Below, piece by piece: positions 29,999 to 39,902 of a DNA stretch of 64,000 nt. The stretch comes from an uncultured virus (IMG/VR IMGVR_UViG_3300034073_002641) (lineage: Duplodnaviria; Heunggongvirae; Uroviricota; Caudoviricetes): positions 1 to 64,000 of the IMG/VR virus record IMGVR_UViG_3300034073_002641. One strand, 5' to 3'. Within the stretch, counting starts at the first letter, position 1; the number at the start of each line of letters is the position of its first letter. Under the pieces are notes generated by a model, which made no database searches, was not told the origin of the DNA, and was given only the letters and a program-made list of their open reading frames with translations. The translations under genes and the position numbers were made by a program.

Positions 29999-31018
29999 AT
30001 GGAAAGGAAACTTGCAAGCGTTAGAAAAATATCAGATTTAAAGCCTATTGAAGGTGCTGACAACATTGAACTAGCCATTGTTGATGGATGGCAAGTTGTT
30101 GTTGCCAAGAATGTTGAACATAAGGTGGGTGATTTCATTGTGTATTGTGAGATTGATTCCTTCTTACCCATTAGGGAAGAGTTTGAATTTTTAAGGAAAT
30201 CTTCATATAGGAAATCAACTGAAGCAGAGGGTTTTCGATTGAGAACTATAAAAATGAGGGGGCAAATCTCCCAGGGGTTGATATTGCCTATTTCTGTTTT
30301 AGGTTCTGAAATATCTCTTGAAGAGGGTATGGATGTGACAGAAATGTTGGGTATTGTGAAGTATGAAACACCAATTTCACCTGAACTTTCTGGGCTGGCA
30401 AAAGGAATGTTTCCATCCTTCATTTCCAAGACAGATGAAATTAGAGCCCAGAATATTCCAAATGATTATAAGACATATATAGAATCAAATGATGATTTCT
30501 ATATAACAGAAAAACTGGATGGATCCTCTGCAACATTCTACATAAACAATGGTGAGTTTGGGGTTTGTTCAAGAAATCTTGAACTATTGGAAACAGAGGG
30601 GAATACTTTCTGGAAGGTTGCAAGGGAACTTGATTTGGAGAACAAGATGAGAGCCAAAAACAAGAACTTTGCAATACAAGGTGAGTTGATTGGTGAGGGC
30701 ATCCAGGGAAATCGCTACAAGATAAAAGGTCATACAGTTAGGTTCTTTACAGCATTTGACATTGATGCTCACAAAAGGTTTAATTACGCAGAGTTTGCTA
30801 TGTTTATGGCCCAGAACCAGTTGGAGGTTGCACCACTCTTATCAATTAGGGCTGGAACAGATTTGCCAAAAACAATTGATGAGTTATTGAAGTTTGCCGA
30901 AGGTAAGTCATCCTTGAATGAAAAAACAGAAAGAGAAGGTATTGTAATTAGGACATCTGACAATGTTATTTCATTTAAAGCCATTAGCAATAAGTTCTTA
31001 TTGAAGGACAAAAACTAA
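29999..31018 (+). CDS. ATP-dependent RNA ligase, Rnl2/DRB0094-like
   Basis: N-terminal IEGADNIE module; TEKLDGSS, QGEL.G, EGIV and FKAIS ligase motifs. Confidence 0.9.
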   Translation: MERKLASVRKISDLKPIEGADNIELAIVDGWQVVVAKNVEHKVGDFIVYCEIDSFLPIREEFEFLRKSSYRKSTEAEGFRLRTIKMRGQISQGLILPISVLGSEISLEEGMDVTEMLGIVKYETPISPELSGLAKGMFPSFISKTDEIRAQNIPNDYKTYIESNDDFYITEKLDGSSATFYINNGEFGVCSRNLELLETEGNTFWKVARELDLENKMRAKNKNFAIQGELIGEGIQGNRYKIKGHTVRFFTAFDIDAHKRFNYAEFAMFMAQNQLEVAPLLSIRAGTDLPKTIDELLKFAEGKSSLNEKTEREGIVIRTSDNVISFKAISNKFLLKDKN

Positions 31019-31046
31019 TAATCTTCTTGGACATTTTTTAAATTTA

Positions 31047-31079
31047 AAAAAACTCTTGGATTAGTCTAGGGGTTTTTTT
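31047..31079 (+). terminator. intrinsic terminator
   Basis: AAAAAACTCTTGGA...TCTAGGGGTTTTTTT. Confidence 0.65.
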
Positions 31080-31110
31080 ATTTTGTATATTTATTGTAAT
31101 AAATTTTATA

Positions 31111-31581
31111 ATGAAAAAAGAACAACTAAAAAGAATATTTGAATTCCTTGAAGAGAAGGAAAAACATAAAGTGCCGTTTATATTTAAAGTCAAATGTGAA
31201 ATACCATTCACAAAAGAAGAATTAAATATTAAGGGTCGTTTGTATTTATTTGATTCAAAGATAACCTCATTACCAGAAGGATTGAAAGTTAGTGGTGATT
31301 TGGTTTTATCATATTCTGAAAAATTAAATTCATTACCAAAAGGATTAAAAGTTGGTGGAGCATTAAATTTACTTCATACCAGAATAACATCATTACCAGA
31401 AGGTTTGAAAGTTGGTGGTGGTTTGAATTTAGCTTATTGTAATAACATAACCTCATTACCAGAAAGTTTATATGTTGATGGTGATTTGAATATTCGTTAT
31501 ACACCATTAACAAAATACACAGATGATGAATTAAGAGAAATGATTAAACCTGGGTTTATAAAAGGAGAAATATATAGATAA
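31111..31581 (+). CDS. LRR-like solenoid paralog 4 (4 repeats)
   Basis: Caps and repeats; TATTTAT at 31088. Confidence 0.85.
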   Translation: MKKEQLKRIFEFLEEKEKHKVPFIFKVKCEIPFTKEELNIKGRLYLFDSKITSLPEGLKVSGDLVLSYSEKLNSLPKGLKVGGALNLLHTRITSLPEGLKVGGGLNLAYCNNITSLPESLYVDGDLNIRYTPLTKYTDDELREMIKPGFIKGEIYR

Positions 31582-32048
31582 TGGAAAAAGAAGCATTAAA
31601 AAGAATATTTGATTTCCTTGAAAGGAAGGGAGAACATAAAACACCATTTAAATGGAAATTAGTAAATAATGAGCCAATAGTAAAGGAAGATTTAAATGTT
31701 ACAAGTGATTTGAATTTAGCATTTTCAAAAATAAAATCCTTACCAGAAGGTTTGAAAGTTGTTGGTGATTTGAATTTATCTTATACACCTAAATTAAAAT
31801 CATTACCAAGTGATTTAGATGTTAAAGGTGATATATACTTGGAAGGCTCAATAATAGAATCATTACCAGAAGGGTTAAAAGTTGGTGGTGATTTGGATTT
31901 AACATATACAGATATAAAATCATTACCAAAAGGATTGGAAGTTGGTGGTGATTTACATTTGGAATTGACAACAATGATGAAATATGAACGTTATGAATTA
32001 TTAGAAATGATAAAACCTGGATTTGTGAAAGGAAAAATACATAAATAA
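31581..32048 (+). CDS. LRR-like solenoid paralog 5 (4 repeats)
   Basis: Caps and repeats; TAATG coupling. Confidence 0.85.
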   Translation: MEKEALKRIFDFLERKGEHKTPFKWKLVNNEPIVKEDLNVTSDLNLAFSKIKSLPEGLKVVGDLNLSYTPKLKSLPSDLDVKGDIYLEGSIIESLPEGLKVGGDLDLTYTDIKSLPKGLEVGGDLHLELTTMMKYERYELLEMIKPGFVKGKIHK

Positions 32049-32587
32049 TGCAAAAAGAACAACTAAAAAGAATATTTGAATTCCTTGAAGAGAAGGAAAA
32101 TAAATTGGCCAAAGTAAAAGGAACTTTGAGATGGAAAATTGAATTTAATGAGCCATTAACAAAGGAAGATTTGGATATTAAAGGTGGTTTGTTTTTAGAA
32201 CATTCAGATATACCCTACTTACCAGAAGGTTTAAAAATTGGTGGCAATTTGAATTTATCTTATACACCTAAATTAAAATCATTACCAAGTGATTTATATG
32301 TTAGACGTGATATATATTTGGAAGGTTCAAACATAACCTCATTACCAGAAGATTTGCAAGTTGGTAGGGATTTGGATTTATCAGATACACAAGTGGAATT
32401 GCTTCCAAAAGGTTTGCAAGTTGGTGGCACTTTGGATTTAAGAAGAACAAAGATAACCTTATTGCCAAAAGGGTTGGAAGTTAAAGGTGAGTTGATTATT
32501 AAAAATACAGCATTATTAGAATACATAGATAAAGAATTAAGAGATATGATTAAACCTGGATTTATAAAAGGGGAAATAATAAGATAA
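32048..32587 (+). CDS. LRR-like solenoid paralog 6 (5 repeats, mosaic)
   Basis: Caps and repeats. Confidence 0.85.
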   Translation: MQKEQLKRIFEFLEEKENKLAKVKGTLRWKIEFNEPLTKEDLDIKGGLFLEHSDIPYLPEGLKIGGNLNLSYTPKLKSLPSDLYVRRDIYLEGSNITSLPEDLQVGRDLDLSDTQVELLPKGLQVGGTLDLRRTKITLLPKGLEVKGELIIKNTALLEYIDKELRDMIKPGFIKGEIIR

Positions 32588-33366
32588 TGGAAAAAGAAGC
32601 ATTAAAAAGAATATTTGAATTTCTTGAAGATAAGGAAAAGAAATCACACCAAGCAAAAGGGACATTACTATGGAGAATAGTCTTTAATGAGCCATTAACA
32701 AAGAAAGATTTGGATATTAAAGGTGATTTGAATTTGAGTATGAAAGACATAACCTCATTACCAAAAGGATTGAAAGTTGGTGGTAATTTAAATTTACAAT
32801 GGTCAAATATAATCTCTTTACCAGAAGGGTTGGAAGTTGGTGGTAATTTGGATTTATCTTATACGTCAATAAAAACACTACCAAAAAGTTTGAAAGTTGG
32901 ATCATTAAATTTAATGCGTTCAGAAATAGAATCATTACCAGAAGGCTTAAAAGTTGATGGTGTTCTAAATTTATTAGATACAGGTATAAAATCATTACCA
33001 AAAGGATTGGAAGTTGGTGGTGAGTTATATTTACGAGAGTCAAAGATAGAAACATTACCAGATGATTTGAAAGTTAATGGTAAATTGAATTTAGCATATT
33101 GCAAAGAATTAACTTCATTACCAGAAGGATTGGAAGTTTGGGGTGATTTGTTATTATTTGGTTGCGAGCAAATAAAATCATTGCCAGAAGGTTTGAAAGT
33201 TGGTGGTGATTTATTATTGCAATATACAACAATAAAGTCATTGCCAAAAGGATTAGAAGTTTTTGGAGATTTAATGTTGGAATATTCATCTTTAAATGAA
33301 CTTACTACTTATAAATTAAGAAAGATGATTCAACCTGGATTTATAAAAGGAAAAATAAAAAGGTAA
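32587..33366 (+). CDS. LRR-like solenoid paralog 7 (9 repeats)
   Basis: Caps and repeats. Confidence 0.85.
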   Translation: MEKEALKRIFEFLEDKEKKSHQAKGTLLWRIVFNEPLTKKDLDIKGDLNLSMKDITSLPKGLKVGGNLNLQWSNIISLPEGLEVGGNLDLSYTSIKTLPKSLKVGSLNLMRSEIESLPEGLKVDGVLNLLDTGIKSLPKGLEVGGELYLRESKIETLPDDLKVNGKLNLAYCKELTSLPEGLEVWGDLLLFGCEQIKSLPEGLKVGGDLLLQYTTIKSLPKGLEVFGDLMLEYSSLNELTTYKLRKMIQPGFIKGKIKR

Positions 33367-33773
33367 TGAAAAAAGAAGTATTAAAAAGAATATTTGATTT
33401 CCTTGAAAGGAAAGGGGAACATAAAGCACCATTTATTTGGAAGTTGAAAAATAATATACCACTAACAGAAGATGAATTAAATGTTAAAGGTGATTTGATT
33501 TTAACAGATATAAATATAACATCATTGCCAGAAGGCTTGAAAGTTGAGGGTACTTTGGAATTAGATGAAACAATAATAAAATCATTACCAGAAGGGTTGG
33601 AAGTTGGTGGTAATTTGGATTTATCTGGTTCATTAATAAATTCACTACCAAAAGGCTTGAAAGTTGGTGGTAAATTGTATATCTATAGAACACCCATAAG
33701 TGAAGATTATTATCATGAGGATATAATAGAAATGATAAAACCTGGATTTATAAAAGGTGAAATAATAGGATAA
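33366..33773 (+). CDS. LRR-like solenoid paralog 8 (3 repeats)
   Basis: Caps and repeats. Confidence 0.85.
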   Translation: MKKEVLKRIFDFLERKGEHKAPFIWKLKNNIPLTEDELNVKGDLILTDINITSLPEGLKVEGTLELDETIIKSLPEGLEVGGNLDLSGSLINSLPKGLKVGGKLYIYRTPISEDYYHEDIIEMIKPGFIKGEIIG

Positions 33774-34471
33774 TGAAAAACGAAGCATTAAAAAGAATAT
33801 TTGATTTCCTTGAAAGGAAAGGGGAACATAAAGTGCCATTAAGATGGAAGTTTATAAACAATCAACCATTAACAAAAGAAGAATTAATTGTTGATGATGA
33901 TTTGGATTTGTCGTATAGTAACGTAACCTCATTACCAGAAGGCTTGAAAGTTTATGGTGATTTGCACTTGGATATGACCAAATTTTTAAAATCACTACCA
34001 GAAGGCTTGGAAGTTGGGGGTGATTTGGACTTAAACGCATCAAGTATAAAATCATTACCAAAAGGATTAAAAGTTACGGGTAATTTAAATTTAAATAATT
34101 CAAAAATAACCTCATTACCAGAAGGCTTGGAAGTTTATCGTAATTTGAGTCTTCTTGGTTCAGAAATAACTTCATTACCAAAAGGTTTAAAACTCCAGGG
34201 TAGTTTGGATTTAATAAAATCAAAAATAGAATCATTACCAGAAGGATTGGTAGTTTGGGGCAACTTGTGGTTGAATAACACAAAAATAAACTCATTACCA
34301 GAGGATTTAAAAGTTGGCCAAGACTTGGATTTATCTATGTTATCAATAAAAACATTGCCAAAAGGATTGGCAGTTGGGGGTGATTTGTTTATAGCAATAA
34401 AATACACAGATGATGAAATAAGAGAAATGATAAAACCTGGATTTGTATTAGGAAGAATAAGAAGACCATGA
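33773..34471 (+). CDS. LRR-like solenoid paralog 9 (8 repeats)
   Basis: Caps and repeats. Confidence 0.85.
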   Translation: MKNEALKRIFDFLERKGEHKVPLRWKFINNQPLTKEELIVDDDLDLSYSNVTSLPEGLKVYGDLHLDMTKFLKSLPEGLEVGGDLDLNASSIKSLPKGLKVTGNLNLNNSKITSLPEGLEVYRNLSLLGSEITSLPKGLKLQGSLDLIKSKIESLPEGLVVWGNLWLNNTKINSLPEDLKVGQDLDLSMLSIKTLPKGLAVGGDLFIAIKYTDDEIREMIKPGFVLGRIRRP

Positions 34472-34983
34472 GAGCAGAACAATTAAGCAAGATATTCAAA
34501 TTTCTCAAAGAGAGAGAGAATGTGGATCAACCTATAAGAATGGTAAACTTCATTCTTAAGCAAGATTTGGTTGATGAACTTGAAGCATATTCAAGTGATA
34601 AAAGATATGTATATGATGGTTATTTAGATGTAAATAATTCTGATATAAGAAAATTGCCAAATGACTTATATATTAAGGGTACAATGAACTTGAGTTTTTG
34701 CAAAGAGTTAATAAATCTACCAGATAGATTATATGTTCAAGATGATTTATATTTAGATTATACTAATATATCAAGTCTTCCAGACAATTTGTATGTTGGG
34801 CAGAATTTATATATTATGGGATGTAATGAAATAACAAATGTGCCAAATAATTTGTACATTTATAATAATTTTTATATTGCTAATACTCCACTTGCCAAAT
34901 CATATACAGTTGATCAGTTATATAACAAGATTGAATCAACTGGTGGCCAAGTGGGTGGAGAAATAGATGATGAATGGGAGTAA
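34468..34983 (+). CDS. LRR-like solenoid paralog 10 (divergent, 4 LP.NLY repeats)
   Basis: LSKIFKFLKE N-cap; LPNDLY/LPDNLY repeats. Confidence 0.75.
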   Translation: MRAEQLSKIFKFLKERENVDQPIRMVNFILKQDLVDELEAYSSDKRYVYDGYLDVNNSDIRKLPNDLYIKGTMNLSFCKELINLPDRLYVQDDLYLDYTNISSLPDNLYVGQNLYIMGCNEITNVPNNLYIYNNFYIANTPLAKSYTVDQLYNKIESTGGQVGGEIDDEWE

Positions 34984-34986
34984 CTT

Positions 34987-35751
34987 ATGGAAAAAGAGCA
35001 ACTAAAAAGAATATTTGAATTCCTTGAAGGAAAAGGAGAACATAAAGTGCCATTTATTTGGAAGTTAATAAATAATCAACCATTAACAGAAGAAGATTTA
35101 AATGTTAAAGGTGATTTGGATTTTTCAGATTCAAATATAGAATCACTACCAGAAGGATTGAAAGTTGGAGGTGATTTGAATTTAACTGAATCAGATATAG
35201 AAACATTACCAGAAGGTTTGGAAGTTGGTGGTAGCCTATATTTGGATCATAGTCTTATAAAATCATTACCAAGGGGATTAAAAGTTGGGGTTGATTTAAC
35301 TTTATCATATGCAAACATAACCTCATTACCAGAAGATTTGCAAGTTGGTGGTTCTTTGGATTTATCAGATACACAAGTGGAATCACTTCCAAAAGGTTTG
35401 CAAGTTGGGGGTATTTTAATTGTGAAATACACAGAATTAGATAGGTTAACAAAAATACCAAATGGTTTAAAAATTGGTGGATTAATAACTTCAAAAACTT
35501 TTATTACTAACACTTTGGATATTAAAGGTGATTTGGATTTAACTGGGTTGGGGACTATTTCATTACCAGAAGGATTAAAAGTTGGTGGGTATTTAAATAT
35601 ATATAACACCAATGTGACACCGATTCCAAAAGGTTTGCAAGTTGGGGGTGATTTATTTATCCGAGCAAGTGTATTTGCAATGGATTTAGATGATGAAGAA
35701 TTAAGAGAAATGATTAAACCTGGGTTTATAAACGGAAGAATAGTAAGATAA
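34987..35751 (+). CDS. LRR-like solenoid paralog 11 (about 8 repeats, interrupted)
   Basis: Caps and repeats; an internal LDIKGDLDL suggests fusion of two units. Confidence 0.85.
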   Translation: MEKEQLKRIFEFLEGKGEHKVPFIWKLINNQPLTEEDLNVKGDLDFSDSNIESLPEGLKVGGDLNLTESDIETLPEGLEVGGSLYLDHSLIKSLPRGLKVGVDLTLSYANITSLPEDLQVGGSLDLSDTQVESLPKGLQVGGILIVKYTELDRLTKIPNGLKIGGLITSKTFITNTLDIKGDLDLTGLGTISLPEGLKVGGYLNIYNTNVTPIPKGLQVGGDLFIRASVFAMDLDDEELREMIKPGFINGRIVR

Positions 35752-36278
35752 TGGAAGAAGAACAACTAAAAAGAATATTTGAGTTCCTTGAAGAGAAGGA
35801 AGGTCACAAAGTACCATTTTTATGGAAATTTAAGAATGAAATGCCATTAACAAAAGAAGAATTAATTGTTAAAGGTAATTTGAATTTAAAAGGTTCAAAA
35901 ATAACATCATTGCCAGAAGGATTGGAAGTGGGGGGTTCCTTGAGTTTGATTGGTTTAGCCATAACCTCATTACCAAAAAGTTTAAAAGTTGATGGTATAA
36001 TATATTTAAAAAATAGTAAAATAACTTCACTACCAGAAGGTTTTAAAGTTGGGCGTGACTTGTCGTTATTTGGCTGTGAACAAATAACATCATTACCAGA
36101 AGGATTGAAAGTTGGCGGTAATTTGGATTTAAGACATACAAAAATAACTTCATTACCAAAAGGATTGGAGGTTGGTACATATTTGTATATTTATGGAACA
36201 AATTTAGCCAAATACACAGATGATGAGATAAGAGACATGATTAAACCTGGGTTTATAAAAGGAAATATATATAGATAA
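35751..36278 (+). CDS. LRR-like solenoid paralog 12 (5 repeats)
   Basis: Caps and repeats. Confidence 0.85.
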   Translation: MEEEQLKRIFEFLEEKEGHKVPFLWKFKNEMPLTKEELIVKGNLNLKGSKITSLPEGLEVGGSLSLIGLAITSLPKSLKVDGIIYLKNSKITSLPEGFKVGRDLSLFGCEQITSLPEGLKVGGNLDLRHTKITSLPKGLEVGTYLYIYGTNLAKYTDDEIRDMIKPGFIKGNIYR

Positions 36279-36985
36279 TGGAAGAAGAACAATTAAAAAG
36301 AATATTTGAGTTCCTTGAAGAGAAGGAGAAGCGTAGAGCACCATTTTTGTGGAAACATATGAATGATATACCGTTAACAGAGAAAGATTTAACCATTGAA
36401 GGTGATTTGGATTTAGAATATACAAATATAACCTCATTACCAGAAGGTTTTAAAGTTGGGGGTGATTTGTATTTAGCACAATCAAAAATAACCTCATTAC
36501 CAGAAGGTTTGGAAGTTGGGGGTCATTTGAGTTTGAACGACACAGACATAACTTCATTACCTAAAGGATTAAAAGTTAAAATGGATTTGAATTTAGAATA
36601 TACAAATATAACTTCATTATCAGAAGGATTGAAAGTTGGGGGTAATTTGAGTTTATATGATTCAAACATAACCTCATTACCAGAAGGCTTGGAAGTTGGG
36701 GGTAATTTGGATTTATCATATACAAAGATAACCTCATTACCCAAAGGTTTTAAAGTTGGGCGTGATTTGTCATTATTTGGCTGTGAACAAATAACATCAT
36801 TACCAGAAGGATTGAAAGTTGGTGGTAATTTGGATTTAAGACATATAAAAATAACCTCATTACCAAAAGGCTTAAAGGTTGGGGGTATGTTGTATATGGG
36901 TAGTACAAAATTAGAAAAATATACAGATGAAGAATTAAGAGAAATGATTAAACCTGGGTTTATAAAAGGAAAAATATATAGATAA
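36278..36985 (+). CDS. LRR-like solenoid paralog 13 (8 repeats)
   Basis: Caps and repeats. Confidence 0.85.
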   Translation: MEEEQLKRIFEFLEEKEKRRAPFLWKHMNDIPLTEKDLTIEGDLDLEYTNITSLPEGFKVGGDLYLAQSKITSLPEGLEVGGHLSLNDTDITSLPKGLKVKMDLNLEYTNITSLSEGLKVGGNLSLYDSNITSLPEGLEVGGNLDLSYTKITSLPKGFKVGRDLSLFGCEQITSLPEGLKVGGNLDLRHIKITSLPKGLKVGGMLYMGSTKLEKYTDEELREMIKPGFIKGKIYR

Positions 36986-37716
36986 TGATTATAGTAATAG
37001 GAGAAAGTTGTAGAGACATATATGTTTACACAAAAAGCACAAGGTTATCACCAGAAGCACCTGTTCCGGTATTAATTCCAACACATAAGGTTAAGGCTGG
37101 TGGGATGGCTATGAATGTATATAATAATGTTATTAATATGGATTCAAATGTGAGCATAAGGTTAATTACACAGAAGAATAAGATAAAGAAGAAGAGGTAT
37201 GTTGATGAGAAAACCAATCATTCTTTTATAAGGGTTGACACAGGTGAGGATAATGTTGATTCTTATTATGGTGACATTGATAACAAATATGGTATCACTA
37301 TTATTAGTGATTACAATAAGGGTTATTTGACTAATGATGATATTGTTAAAATAGCAAAGCAATCCAAGACAACCATATTGGATAGCAAGAGGAGATTAAC
37401 AGATGATATTATCAATAGCATTGATTATATTAAACTAAACCAGGATGAGTATGAGAACAATAAGGATTTGATTAATAATCAGAATAGAGAGAAGTTTATC
37501 ATAACAATGGGTGGTAATGGAGTTTCCCATAATGGTATAGTTTACATGCAAGAGAAAAATGCCCCCACCATTGACATAAGTGGAGCAGGAGACACTTTTA
37601 CCGCTGCCTTGGCATTATCCCTATATAAGAATGAAAGCATCATAGAAGCCATAAGAACAGGAAATAAGATGGCATATAAAGTTGTGTTAAAGAGGGGAAC
37701 AAGTTTGCCAGATTAG
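36985..37716 (+). CDS. PfkB-family kinase, RfaE/HldE heptose kinase-like
   Basis: RLSPEAPVPV, GG.A.NV, SDYNKG, D.SGAGDTF. Confidence 0.85.
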   Translation: MIIVIGESCRDIYVYTKSTRLSPEAPVPVLIPTHKVKAGGMAMNVYNNVINMDSNVSIRLITQKNKIKKKRYVDEKTNHSFIRVDTGEDNVDSYYGDIDNKYGITIISDYNKGYLTNDDIVKIAKQSKTTILDSKRRLTDDIINSIDYIKLNQDEYENNKDLINNQNREKFIITMGGNGVSHNGIVYMQEKNAPTIDISGAGDTFTAALALSLYKNESIIEAIRTGNKMAYKVVLKRGTSLPD

Positions 37717-37780
37717 TGTCAAGTTTTTTACAATAGAAACTGGACATCATAAATCTTTTTTTTTAAATTTTAAAAAAAAA

Positions 37781-38329
37781 ATGAAAACACAGATAATTAA
37801 TTTATTTGCTGGTCCAGGTGCTGGAAAAAGCACTATTGCTAGTGGTTTGATGTATGAATTAAAGAAACAACATATTAGTGTTGATAATCCATATGAGTTT
37901 CCCAAAAACTTGGCTTGGGATGAAAATACAGGTGCAATAAAGGATCAGTTTTATATTACAGCAAATCAGCATAGGAATATTGTTAGGTCTTATGGTAAGG
38001 TTGATTTTGTTATATGTGATTCACCAATATTGTTTGCACTTGTTTATAAGGAAAAATACAAGAAGGAGGGGGATTTCATATCATCTCTATATGGTAAAGA
38101 ATTTGATTCATTTATAGTTAATTTATTTAATAGATATGATAATGTTAATTATTTTCTTGAACGTAATTTAAATTCATCATATGATGAGGGGGAAAGGTTT
38201 CAGACATTGGATGAATCAATAATAATTGATAAAGAGATAAAAGATATGTTGGATTTGTATGGCGTTAAATATGAAACCATAAGTGTTGATGATGAAACTG
38301 TTGGGAGAATATTAAATCAAATTATATGA
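37781..38329 (+). CDS. P-loop nucleotide kinase (AAA_28/NadR-like)
   Basis: GPGAGKST and ICDSP. Confidence 0.75.
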   Translation: MKTQIINLFAGPGAGKSTIASGLMYELKKQHISVDNPYEFPKNLAWDENTGAIKDQFYITANQHRNIVRSYGKVDFVICDSPILFALVYKEKYKKEGDFISSLYGKEFDSFIVNLFNRYDNVNYFLERNLNSSYDEGERFQTLDESIIIDKEIKDMLDLYGVKYETISVDDETVGRILNQII

Positions 38330-38412
38330 ATATAAAAATTACAGAAAAAGAAATATTGGAAACACCAAATGATCAGGAGTTGGGTGCATTGGTTAGGAAA
38401 AAATATTTTGAA

Positions 38413-39147
38413 TTACTCAAGATTAAGGATTGACCATTTGTTGTTTGAATCCAAGGCTAATGCTGTTCTATTTTCAACCCAGTCGCCACTATTAAGGTAT
38501 TCTATATTGGATATTTTCTTTATTATTGGTGTATGGATATGACCACATATTATACCATCAAAGTTTCTATTTTCAGCTAGTTCAATGGCCTTGGTTTCAA
38601 ACTTAAATATAAATGACATTATCTTCTTTACATTTGTTTTTGCTGCTTTGGATAGGGAGTGATAGGGTAGGTTTAGTTTTGTTCTAATGATGTTGTAATA
38701 ATTATTTAGAGTTAGTAATGCATCATACATTATTGAACCAATATGATAAAGTATTTTTAGTTTTCCTTCAAAGTTTTCAAGTTGATCACCATGTAAGACT
38801 AAATATCTTTTATCATCTTCAAGTTGTATTTCATATTCATCAGTAAATTCAATACCTGCTATTCTTGCATTAAAGAAGTTTTTTATAACATCATCATGAT
38901 TTCCCCTAACATAAACCACTTTTGTCTTCTTTGACATTTCAAGTATTTTTAATAATACTTTTGTGTGTTTATTTTTCCATTTTGCTCCTCTATTTAGGGC
39001 ATCAATATCAATGATATCACCATTTAGGATTAAGGTATCTGTTTGTATTCTGGATAAGAAGTTAAGTATTTCTTTTGGTTTTGAATCATTCATACCCAGA
39101 TGCAAGTCTGACATTATGATTATCTTATATGTTTTTTGCATCTTCAT
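38413..39147 (-). CDS. LpxH-like metallophosphoesterase
   Basis: SDLHLG, LNGDIID, GNHD, HGD, CGHIH, NSGDWVE. Confidence 0.8.
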   Translation of the reverse strand: MKMQKTYKIIIMSDLHLGMNDSKPKEILNFLSRIQTDTLILNGDIIDIDALNRGAKWKNKHTKVLLKILEMSKKTKVVYVRGNHDDVIKNFFNARIAGIEFTDEYEIQLEDDKRYLVLHGDQLENFEGKLKILYHIGSIMYDALLTLNNYYNIIRTKLNLPYHSLSKAAKTNVKKIMSFIFKFETKAIELAENRNFDGIICGHIHTPIIKKISNIEYLNSGDWVENRTALALDSNNKWSILNLE

Positions 39148-39379
39148 TTAATTTTTTGATGTAGGCTTCAAATTTTGATTCAGGTATGGCATAATTCTTG
39201 TCATCCATTTCAAAAAGAATATATTCAATAAGACCACTTGCTTTTGCAATGGCATCATCTGGTGAACCTACAGACCATTTATCAAATTCCTTTTGGTCCA
39301 TTAATGCAAATTTTCCATCATCTAATGGAACTTCGTAATACTTAATTTTTTTTACATTTTTGATATTTTTGGCTTCCAT
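39125..39379 (-). CDS. hypothetical protein
   Basis: Start taken at MEAKNIK, after minus-strand TATTTAT. Confidence 0.5.
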   Translation of the reverse strand: MEAKNIKNVKKIKYYEVPLDDGKFALMDQKEFDKWSVGSPDDAIAKASGLIEYILFEMDDKNYAIPESKFEAYIKKLNEDAKNI

Positions 39380-39481
39380 ATTCTTTTTTTTTATAAATAG
39401 TTTTTGTTTCAAAAAAAATGTGTATATTTGTGAAAGAAATAAAGATGTGGTATTCACGGAAATTTCTAAAAACATTTTACT

Positions 39482-39649
39482 ATGGGATTACATTATGTTC
39501 TTTTTGATGGAACGTCTGCTTTTGTTGTTGATGAGCAAGATGCATTAAGTATCATAGCAGAAGATAAAGATGTTAGAATTGTTTATAGGTCTATTAATAT
39601 AGACAAAGCATTTGATTTTGCTGACTTAATGAACCAATATAATTCATAG
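39482..39649 (+). CDS. small hypothetical protein (55 aa, not in the ORF track)
   Basis: MGLHYVLFDG... after promoter TATATTTG at 39424. Confidence 0.45.
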   Translation: MGLHYVLFDGTSAFVVDEQDALSIIAEDKDVRIVYRSINIDKAFDFADLMNQYNS

Positions 39650-39652
39650 AAT

Positions 39653-39901
39653 ATGACAATAGTGGAGAAAATGCGTCTTATCCAGAAACTTATGGATGAG
39701 GTTGAGAGTGGAACAAGAAAAGTTGCTTTGGAAATAAAAGATGTTGATGCCCCATTGTATCGAATGTTAACAGAGGGGTGTGCGGACCAGTTCAAGGTGA
39801 TGTCAAAAAATTTAAACTCACAATCATCTGGTTATCCAATAGATTCTTGGGAGAAACAATTAGAACGTGCTTATGAATTAATTTACAAAAAATATAACTA
39901 A
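39653..39901 (+). CDS. hypothetical protein
   Basis: 82-aa ORF. Confidence 0.55.
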   Translation: MTIVEKMRLIQKLMDEVESGTRKVALEIKDVDAPLYRMLTEGCADQFKVMSKNLNSQSSGYPIDSWEKQLERAYELIYKKYN

Positions 39902-39902
39902 T

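Noticed and set aside
25254..36744. Numerous minus-strand ORFs over the LRR arrays
   Set aside because: These are antisense shadows of repetitive, biased coding sequence.
31111..36985. CRISPR array or DGR explanation for the ~63-nt periodic repeats
   Set aside because: The repeats are in-frame coding units with synonymous variation. No cas gene, reverse transcriptase or adenine-specific TR/VR pair is visible.
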